From: Methanobacteriota archaeon
GTDB taxonomy: Archaea; JAADCQ01; Methanopyri; Methanopyrales; Methanopyraceae
Length of the DNA stretch: 11,844 nt
Reading direction: 5' to 3'
NCBI GenBank assembly: GCA_027064305.1
Contig: JAMOPY010000026.1
Span: 1-11,844, forward strand
The notes under the pieces: model-generated
What the model saw: only the letters and a program-made list of their open reading frames with translations
What the model was told of the DNA's origin: nothing
Database searches by the model: none
Translations under genes and position numbers: made by a program
Shown: positions 1 to 6,203 of the stretch, in pieces
Position numbering within the stretch: position 1 is the stretch's first letter
Layout: every line of letters starts with the position of its first letter

Positions 1-98
1 CGCACGTCGTTCACGTAGTGCTCGGCGCGGTCGGTGTCCGCCATCGCGGGGGCGCCGATGATGACCTCCTTCAGCTCGGAGCCGCCCTCCTCGGCCAT
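1..98 (-). CDS. mtrF: Tetrahydromethanopterin S-methyltransferase subunit F, 5' part (runs off the window)
   Basis: Not in the ORF track. Manual translation from ATG at 98 gives MAEEGGSELKEVIIGAPAMADTDRAEHYVNDVR..., with SD GGGGGTGA at 113-106. It resembles the MtrF N-terminus (II..P......YV.D[VI][RK]) as I recall it. Only 32 full codons are visible. Confidence 0.7.
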   Translation of the reverse strand, partial: MAEEGGSELKEVIIGAPAMADTDRAEHYVNDV

Positions 99-133
99 GG
101 CCGGCTCACCCCCGCAAGCTAAATCCTGGGAGC

Positions 134-146
134 CTTTTCAACGTTG
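134..146 (-). promoter_or_regulatory. Possible weak TATA-like element upstream of mtrF
   Basis: Minus strand reads CAACGTTGAAAAG in the most AT-rich patch of the 99-212 intergenic region. It resembles the ATTAAAAG element upstream of nikR and includes the 8-bp palindrome CAACGTTG (139-146). Confidence 0.3.
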
Positions 147-212
147 CGACACCGGGCGATGAGGAGGTGGGCCCGACGGATCGGTGACGACGGCTGGCGT
201 TCCCCGAGCCCC

Positions 213-611
213 CTACGCCTCCAGCACACCGCCGGGCAGCACCCGCACGACGTCACCGGTGCTCAGCCGCTCCACCGGGTCCCGGTCGGGTCGGTGCAGC
301 AGGGGCACCCGGCCCAGCACGCACCCCACGATGAGGATCGGCTCCGCCTCCCGGACGACGATCGCCGCCGGCGCCCGACCCCGCTCGGCCAGCTCCATGA
401 TCACGTACGATCCCACCGTCGACCCGCGACCCCCGGGCAGCACGAGCACCTTCCCGGTCACCCGCTCCCCGTGCAGCTCGTGCGTCGGGTCGATCACCTC
501 GCCCGTCTCCGGGTCCACGCCCCCCAAGAACGACAGTCGCTGCCGCGAGACCAGGGCCTCCGCCTCGATCTCCTCCTCAACGTCCACCACCGGCTCGCAC
601 TCGATGCGCAA
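213..611 (-). CDS. DUF126 / aconitase X swivel-domain protein (phosphomevalonate dehydratase small subunit-like)
   Basis: Family motifs LSFLGGVDPETG, GKVLVLPGGRGSTVGSYV, APAAIV..EAEPIL..G. Likely start is TTG at 611, preceded by GGGGGTGGAGG, giving 132 aa. The track's 764 start is an upstream extension. Confidence 0.88.
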   Translation of the reverse strand: MRIECEPVVDVEEEIEAEALVSRQRLSFLGGVDPETGEVIDPTHELHGERVTGKVLVLPGGRGSTVGSYVIMELAERGRAPAAIVVREAEPILIVGCVLGRVPLLHRPDRDPVERLSTGDVVRVLPGGVLEA

Positions 612-1752
612 CCCCCTCCACCCCCTCGGGGGGACCACCATCCCGTACGAGATCGACGAGCGGGGCGTGGCGCACGAGATCGACGAGCTCGACCTGGACA
701 TGATCAAGGAGCCGGAGGACCTCGCCGTCATCCCACCGTCCGAGCGGGCCGGACCCTGCGGCAACGCGTGCGTGTTCTGCTACATCCCGCAGAACCCTCC
801 CGAGGTGCTCCGGGAGCACGGCGGGCGGGTCGGCACCACCCGACACGACACGCTCAACGACCCCGACCTGGAGCGACGCATCGAGACCGCCCGGGACCGG
901 TACCCGGACCTCCGGCTCCGGGTCGTGGACACGGCCGGGAACGTGGGCCTGGACGGGGAGCGGCTCGAGTCGCTCGCGGCCGCCGGCCTGGACGAGCTCC
1001 AGCTGTCCCTGCACACGACCAACCCGAGGACGCGCGTCCGCCTGATGCGGAACCCGGAGGCGGACCGGGTGATCGAGCTCCTGCCGCGGTTCGAGGAGGT
1101 CGGTATCGACCTGATCGCGGACCTGGTGCTGACCCCGGGATATAACCTCCGGGAGCTCCCCGAGACCTGCCGACGGCTGGAGGAGGCGGGGGCCCGGCAG
1201 GTTCGGGTGTTCCCCGTGGGCGGCACCCGACTCGCCCGGGGCTTCCGGTTCCCGACGGAGGAGGAGCTCCGGTGGATGTGGGAGACCGCCCGGGAGCTGG
1301 ACCGGGAGCTGGACCTGGAGGTGGTGCCCGCCCCGACGATCCGGGCGCTCCTGGGCGAGCCGGCCTGCGAGCCTCCGGAGCTGCCCGAGCCGGACGTGGA
1401 GACCTACCTGGTGGTGGGGGAGCTGGCGGCCCCCATCTTCGAGCCGGCGGTCCGGGACCTGGAGAAGGTGGAGCTGGTGGTGGTCGAGAACCGGGTGTTC
1501 GGGGGCGTGATCGGGGCCTCCAGCCTGCTGACCGCCAAGGACGTGCTCCGCGAGGTGCGCAGGGTGGAACCCCGGAGCGACTGCCCGCTGCTGATCCTCC
1601 CCGACGCCATGTTCGGACCCGACGGGAGGACCCTGGACGGGATGCTCCGGGAGGAGCTGATCGGCCGCCTCGCCGCGCTCGGGTTCACCGTGATCACCTG
1701 CCGGACGCCCGAGGAGGTGGCCCGGGTCCTGGCCGCCCCGGCCCCGTGGTAA
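604..1752 (+). CDS. Radical SAM protein with C-terminal DUF512-type domain
   Basis: CxxxCxxC motif CGNACVFC followed by YIPQNPP; SLHTTNP..R..LM; LVLTPGYN; C-terminal ENRVFGG..GASSLLTAKD and RTLDG as in DUF512 radical SAMs. Start uncertain (ATG 604, ATC 640, GTG 667 or ATG 700). The track's 184 start is antisense to DUF126. Confidence 0.85.
   Translation: MRNPLHPLGGTTIPYEIDERGVAHEIDELDLDMIKEPEDLAVIPPSERAGPCGNACVFCYIPQNPPEVLREHGGRVGTTRHDTLNDPDLERRIETARDRYPDLRLRVVDTAGNVGLDGERLESLAAAGLDELQLSLHTTNPRTRVRLMRNPEADRVIELLPRFEEVGIDLIADLVLTPGYNLRELPETCRRLEEAGARQVRVFPVGGTRLARGFRFPTEEELRWMWETARELDRELDLEVVPAPTIRALLGEPACEPPELPEPDVETYLVVGELAAPIFEPAVRDLEKVELVVVENRVFGGVIGASSLLTAKDVLREVRRVEPRSDCPLLILPDAMFGPDGRTLDGMLREELIGRLAALGFTVITCRTPEEVARVLAAPAPW
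647..688 (+). repeat. 15-bp perfect direct repeat ACGAGATCGACGAGC (647-661, 674-688)
   Basis: Read directly from the sequence. Period 27 bp; encodes YEIDE / HEIDE. Confidence 0.8.
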
Positions 1753-1767
1753 CCGGGGGTGGGGCGC

Positions 1768-2706
1768 ATGGAGCCCCGCGTGTGCGTGCTCTCCGGGGGC
1801 ACCGGAACCCCCAAGCTGCTGCGTGGACTGCGGGAGTTGGAGGCGGACTTCTTCGTGATCGTGAACACCGGGGAGGACCGAGAGCTGCTGGGCCTCCACA
1901 TCTCCCCGGACGTGGACACGGTCCTGTACACCCTGGCCGGCATCGTCAACGACGAGACCTGGTACGGGGTCGACGGCGACTCCTTCCGCGGTCACGAGTT
2001 CCTGAGGGAACGGCTGGGCGTGGACGAGTCGCTGCGGATCGGGGACGTGGACCGCGCGTTCAAGCAGTACCGCACGTACCTGATGAAGTGCAAGGGGATG
2101 CGGCTGTCGGAGGCCGTGGACGAACTCCGCCGGCGCCTCGGGATCCGGTGGAAGGTGTACCCGATGACCGACGACCGCGTCGTCACGATCATCGTAACGG
2201 ACGAGGGTGAGATGCACTTCCACGAGTTCTGGGTGGAGCGGCGCGGCCAGCCGTCGGTCGACGACGTCCGGTACGACGGGTCGGAGGAGGCGTCCGCCCC
2301 CTCCGAGGCCGTGGACGACCTGCTGCGGTCGGACGTCGTGCTCATCGGGCCCAGCAACCCGGTGACCAGCATCGGGCCCATCCTCTCCATCTCGGACCTC
2401 CGGCACGCCATCCGGGAGAAGCCGGTCGTGGTCGTCTCGCCCTTCATCGGGAACGAGCCCGTCAGCGGGCCGGCCGGGAAGCTGATGCGGGCCGTGGGGT
2501 TCGAGCCCAACGTGCGCGGCCTGATCGACTACTACCGGGGCTGGGGGATCGATCCGGACGTGCTGATCATGGACGAGCGGGACGACGTGGAGCCGCCCGA
2601 GGACGTGGAGGTGGTCCGCACGGACACGATCATGAAGAAGGAGGAGGACTCCATCCGACTGGCCAAGGAGGTAATGAGCGTCCTCCGGGAGGTTTCGCGG
2701 GCTTGA
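1768..2706 (+). CDS. cofD: 2-phospho-L-lactate transferase (coenzyme F420 biosynthesis)
   Basis: LSGGTGTPKLL, IVNTGED, ISPDVDTVLYTLAG, YPMTDD, MHFHEFWV, IGPSNPVTSIGPIL, VSPFIG..PVSGPAGKLM. ATG at 1768 with SD GGGGGTG at 1755-1761. Confidence 0.96.
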   Translation: MEPRVCVLSGGTGTPKLLRGLRELEADFFVIVNTGEDRELLGLHISPDVDTVLYTLAGIVNDETWYGVDGDSFRGHEFLRERLGVDESLRIGDVDRAFKQYRTYLMKCKGMRLSEAVDELRRRLGIRWKVYPMTDDRVVTIIVTDEGEMHFHEFWVERRGQPSVDDVRYDGSEEASAPSEAVDDLLRSDVVLIGPSNPVTSIGPILSISDLRHAIREKPVVVVSPFIGNEPVSGPAGKLMRAVGFEPNVRGLIDYYRGWGIDPDVLIMDERDDVEPPEDVEVVRTDTIMKKEEDSIRLAKEVMSVLREVSRA

Positions 2707-3410
2707 AGAGGCGCATGGTGGCCGTCCTCCTGACCGCCCTCGCCCTGGTCACCACGGCGCTCGGGGTCGGATGGTACATGCTCTCCGGACCGGGGGAGCC
2801 CCAGATCCCGGTCAAGGCTCGGGTCAAGCTGCCGAAGCCGGTGCGGATGGACATGCCCCTCTCCGAGGCGCTCGAGAAGCGCCGCTCCATCCGGAAGTAC
2901 CGGCCCGAGCCCCTCACGCTCCGGGAGCTCTCCACCGTGCTGTGGGCCGCGCAGGGGATCACCGACCCCCGGGGCTTCCGCACCGCGCCCAGCGCCGGGG
3001 CCCTGTACCCGCTCCGCGTCTTCGTGGTGGTCAAGAACGTGAAGGGGCTCGAGCCCGGCATCTACGTGTACGACCCCAAGACCCACACGCTGGGGCTCGT
3101 CAAGCGGGGCGACTTCCACCTGCAGCTGCAGCGGGCGTGCCTGGACCAGGAGTGGGTCGGCCAGGCCGCCGTGAACCTCGTCATCGTGGGGTACGAGCGC
3201 GTCCTGCGACCCCGGTACGGCGACCGCTCCTTCCGGTACATGGCCCTGGAGGCCGGTCACGTGGGCCAGAACGTCTACCTGGCGTGCACCGCCCTGGGCC
3301 TCGGGACCGTGGCCGTCGGCGCCTTCCACGACGAGGAGGTGAAGCGGATCCTCGGGATCCGGGCCGAGGACGCGGTCCCCCTGTACGTGTTTCCCATCGG
3401 GCGCCGGTGA
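2703..3410 (+). CDS. SagB/ThcOx-type FMN-dependent nitroreductase-fold oxidoreductase with N-terminal hydrophobic helix
   Basis: RRSIRKY, LWAAQG, RTAPSAGALYP, RYG.R..RY..LEAGH.GQN.YL...ALGLG...VGAF.D. TTG start overlaps the cofD stop (TTGA) and has SD GGAGGT at 2688-2693. N-terminus is KRR plus about 20 hydrophobic residues. Confidence 0.9.
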   Translation: MKRRMVAVLLTALALVTTALGVGWYMLSGPGEPQIPVKARVKLPKPVRMDMPLSEALEKRRSIRKYRPEPLTLRELSTVLWAAQGITDPRGFRTAPSAGALYPLRVFVVVKNVKGLEPGIYVYDPKTHTLGLVKRGDFHLQLQRACLDQEWVGQAAVNLVIVGYERVLRPRYGDRSFRYMALEAGHVGQNVYLACTALGLGTVAVGAFHDEEVKRILGIRAEDAVPLYVFPIGRR

Positions 3411-3418
3411 GCTTGGGC

Positions 3419-3997
3419 GTGCGCGTGCGCGACACCGTGCGCTACCAGGGCTTAAGGCTGCTCGTGTTCGAGCACGTGTACCCGCCCTCCGACGACTCCT
3501 TCCTCCTCGCCGAGCACCAGGGCGTCGCGCGCGGGGACCGCGTGCTCGACGTCGGCACCGGGTGCGGCATCCAGGCCCTCGTGGCGGCCGACCGGGGCTG
3601 CGAGGTCACGGCCGTCGACGTGAACCCCGCCGCCGTCCTCTGCACCCGGTGGAACGCGCGGCTGAACGGGCTGCGGGTCCGCGCGCTGGAGGGGGACCTC
3701 TTCGAGCCCGTGGAGGGCGAGCGCTTCGACGTGGTGCTGTTCAACCCACCCTACCTGCCGGCCGGGGAGCTCCCGCGGGACGACCCCCTCTCCGCGGCCA
3801 CCGAGGACCCGGCCGTGATCGAGCGCTTCCTGCGCGGGCTGGCGGACCGGCGGGTGGAGTGGGAGGAGGCCCGGATCGTCGTCTCCACGCTGACCCCGGA
3901 GGAGCACCTTCAACCCCTGGACCGGTTCGAGGTGGAGACCGTGGCCCGACGGCGCCTGTTCTTCGAGGAGCTTAAGGTCCTGGCGCTGAGACCCTGA
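3419..3997 (+). CDS. HemK2/PrmC-related class I SAM-dependent methyltransferase
   Basis: VYPPSDDSFLL, motif I VLDVGTGCG, DVN, GDLF, FNPPY. Start taken as GTG 3419 (GGTGA at 3406-3410 as SD); in-frame GTG 3407 and TTG 3413 are alternatives. The track's 2771 start is a shadow extension. Confidence 0.88.
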   Translation: MRVRDTVRYQGLRLLVFEHVYPPSDDSFLLAEHQGVARGDRVLDVGTGCGIQALVAADRGCEVTAVDVNPAAVLCTRWNARLNGLRVRALEGDLFEPVEGERFDVVLFNPPYLPAGELPRDDPLSAATEDPAVIERFLRGLADRRVEWEEARIVVSTLTPEEHLQPLDRFEVETVARRRLFFEELKVLALRP

Positions 3998-4013
3998 CGC
4001 GGGGGCGGTCCGG

Positions 4014-4322
4014 TTGTACGTGCTCGTCTACTCGACCGCCGGCGACCGGGAGGAGGCGAAGCGCATCGCCCGACGGCTGATCGAGGAAGGCCTGGCCGCC
4101 TGCGTCAACATCTGGCCGATCGAGTCGGTGTACGAATGGGAGGGGGAGGTGGAGGAGGACGAGGAGGTGGCCCTCCTCGTCAAGACCACCGCGGAGAAGG
4201 CGGAGCGGGTGGTTCGCAGGATCGTGGAGCTGCACTCGTACGACGTGCCGGCGGTCCTGGTCGTACCCGTGCTGGGCGGTCACGAGGAGTTCCTCGAGTG
4301 GATCAAAGAGCAGGTCTCATGA
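4014..4322 (+). CDS. cutA: Divalent cation tolerance protein CutA
   Basis: A..IAR.L.E..LAACVNI.PI.SVY.WEG.VEED.E..LL.KT, LHSYDVP; 102 aa; TTG start with G-rich SD. Confidence 0.95.
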   Translation: MYVLVYSTAGDREEAKRIARRLIEEGLAACVNIWPIESVYEWEGEVEEDEEVALLVKTTAEKAERVVRRIVELHSYDVPAVLVVPVLGGHEEFLEWIKEQVS

Positions 4323-5681
4323 GCGCTCCCGGAGCAGCCTCAGCACCCAATCCAGCTTCCGCTCCGCCTCCTCCCACGCCCGCCGGACCCGCTCCTTCAT
4401 CTCCTCGAAGTCCTCCGGGTGCTCCTCCCCGATGACCTCCTTCACCTTGGTGTAGGCGGACTCCCGGAACTTGACGTCCACGCGCTCCTCCCTGCCCTCA
4501 CGCTCCAGGTAAACGCCCTCCCCCTCCTCCACCCGGCCCACCACGTCCGCCCTGACCCCGGCATCCTCCAGCACCTCCACGCAGCGCTCCGCCACCTCCT
4601 CCGGCGCCACGACCATCAGCATGTCCAGCGAGAGGCCCAGGTAGTCGATCCCCAGCTCGTCGAGCATCTTCATGACCCGCCCGTTCACGAGGTCGCGGAC
4701 CCGTTCCTCCTCGAAGACCAGGCGCACCCCGGCGGTCTCGGAGATCTCCGTCGCGTCCCCGCGGATTCCACCGTTCGTGATGTCGGTCATGGCGTGCACC
4801 TCGGGCAGCAGACCGGCCCCCCGGAGCGCCTCCACCGCGCGGACGAAGTCCACGTTCAGCGTCTCCCGGACCACGTCGTAGTACCCGTGGTAGATCGCCG
4901 TCGTGGAGATCGTACCGCCGCCCGCCCCCTCCGTGAGCACGATCAGGTCCCCAGGCTCGGCCTCCCGCCTGGGGGTCAGCTCCTCCGGCCTGGCGGCCCC
5001 CACGCACGCCACGCCCGCGACGAGCCTCCTCCCGTGCACCATGTCCCCGCCAACCCGGAGCGTGCTCCCCGCCAGGATCGGGACTCCCGTGGCCGCGCAG
5101 ACGGCCGCGACCCCGGCCGTGAAGTCGAACAACCGCCCCACGTCCCCGTCGTCCGCCAGGTGCAGGTCGACCAGCACCCCGACCGCCCTCGCCCCGTTGA
5201 CCAGCACGTCCCGCATGGCCGCCCGCGTCGCGTGGAACCCCGCCAGGAACGGAAACTCGCTCAGCCGGGAGTGCATCCCGTCCACGGCGCTCACCAGCAC
5301 CCGCTCGTCCTCCCCGAGCCGCACGGCCCCGGCGTCGTCCCGCTCCTCCGGGGACACCAGCGCGCCCTCGGCCGCCCGGGCGGCCAGCCGGGTCAGCAGC
5401 TCGTGCACGAAGAAGTCACCCTCACCCCGGGACCCCACGCCCATCTCTCCCATCGTGACCCCGGAGGACGGGGGGCGCAGCAGCCGCCCCAGCTCCCCGT
5501 CGAGCCCGTGAGCGCGGCGCACGTGCCTTACCTCGTCCAGAACCGCGGACACGAACTCCCTTACCCGCTCCTCCGACCAGTCCCGCTTCCAGATCCGAAC
5601 GAGCCGCTCCAGCAGCTCCCGAACCTCCCCCTCGTCGGACCCGGACTCAAGCAGATGCAGGGCCAGACCCTCCAGGTCCAT
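4317..5681 (-). CDS. AIR synthase-related (PurM/HypE/SelD/ThiL superfamily) ATP-binding protein, function unknown
   Basis: GVGSRGEGDFFVH, DDAG, VDGMHSRLS.FPFLAGFH..RAA.RDV, GSTLRVGGD, GDLIVLTEG, HAMTDITNGGIRGD. Lacks the HypE C-terminal PRIC motif. Start ATG 5681 (or GTG 5684). Confidence 0.85.
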   Translation of the reverse strand: MDLEGLALHLLESGSDEGEVRELLERLVRIWKRDWSEERVREFVSAVLDEVRHVRRAHGLDGELGRLLRPPSSGVTMGEMGVGSRGEGDFFVHELLTRLAARAAEGALVSPEERDDAGAVRLGEDERVLVSAVDGMHSRLSEFPFLAGFHATRAAMRDVLVNGARAVGVLVDLHLADDGDVGRLFDFTAGVAAVCAATGVPILAGSTLRVGGDMVHGRRLVAGVACVGAARPEELTPRREAEPGDLIVLTEGAGGGTISTTAIYHGYYDVVRETLNVDFVRAVEALRGAGLLPEVHAMTDITNGGIRGDATEISETAGVRLVFEEERVRDLVNGRVMKMLDELGIDYLGLSLDMLMVVAPEEVAERCVEVLEDAGVRADVVGRVEEGEGVYLEREGREERVDVKFRESAYTKVKEVIGEEHPEDFEEMKERVRRAWEEAERKLDWVLRLLRERS

Positions 5682-5684
5682 CAC

Positions 5685-6191
5685 TCACCCGCCCCGAGAC
5701 AGCCCGGTGAGCTCGGAGATCACCCTGTCCAGGGACCAATCCCGGGCCTCCTCAGGGAGCCTCCCGGCCCGCTCCAACAGCTCCCCCATCAGCTCCGCCG
5801 CGAGCATCCTCAGGGCCCGGGTGACCCGAGGCTTCCCCGTGGAGACCGCAAGCAGGGCGTCCCCGCTCCTCAACACCGACGGGAACCTCACCCGGGGATT
5901 TCGAACGTCCACCCGGTTGACCAACGGGAGCTCCCGCTCTAGCCGCTCGTTCAGCCCCGGGTCGTCCGTCGCCGCCACGTACAGGTCGGCCGGGGGCAGG
6001 TCCTCCGGGGACTCGACTCGACGCCGCAGGTGGTCCACGCCCAGCTCCCTCACCCAGCCCGGCCGGTCGGGTGAGACCACGGTCACGTCGACGCCCAGGT
6101 CCACCAGCGTGCGGGCCTTCCGGCGGGCCACGGACCCCGCCCCCACGACCACCGCCCGGTCCACCCGCACCACCAGGGGGACGTAGGGCAT
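5685..6191 (-). CDS. sirC: Precorrin-2 dehydrogenase (SirC / CysG N-terminal-like)
   Basis: YVPL, Rossmann motif VVVGAGSVARRK, AATDD..LN, VN.VD, FPSVLR.G.....VSTG. 168 aa, no methyltransferase domain. Confidence 0.82.
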   Translation of the reverse strand: MPYVPLVVRVDRAVVVGAGSVARRKARTLVDLGVDVTVVSPDRPGWVRELGVDHLRRRVESPEDLPPADLYVAATDDPGLNERLERELPLVNRVDVRNPRVRFPSVLRSGDALLAVSTGKPRVTRALRMLAAELMGELLERAGRLPEEARDWSLDRVISELTGLSRGG

Positions 6192-6203
6192 CCGGACGGC
6201 CCC

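Noticed and set aside
184-603. Long N-terminal extension of the radical SAM ORF
   Set aside because: Ser/Thr/Pro-rich antisense of the well-supported DUF126 gene.
1138-1147. GGATATAACC, a TATA-like sequence on both strands inside the radical SAM gene
   Set aside because: Encodes the conserved PGYN motif, is more than 500 bp from any start codon it could serve, and has no clear BRE.
1290-1315. 12-bp tandem repeat CCGGGAGCTGGA x2
   Set aside because: Only encodes RELD-RELD in a helix using preferred codons; too short to be an array.
2771-3418. 408-aa version of the methyltransferase
   Set aside because: The upstream part is an out-of-frame shadow of the nitroreductase; homology begins near 3419.
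604-3997. RiPP maturation cluster (radical SAM + SagB dehydrogenase + methyltransferase)
   Set aside because: No YcaO or cyclodehydratase, precursor peptide, SPASM/RRE domain or exporter. cofD and cutA are housekeeping genes.
4317-5681. Calling the PurM-fold gene hypE because a hydrogenase protease is nearby
   Set aside because: It lacks the essential C-terminal PRIC cysteine and is longer than HypE.
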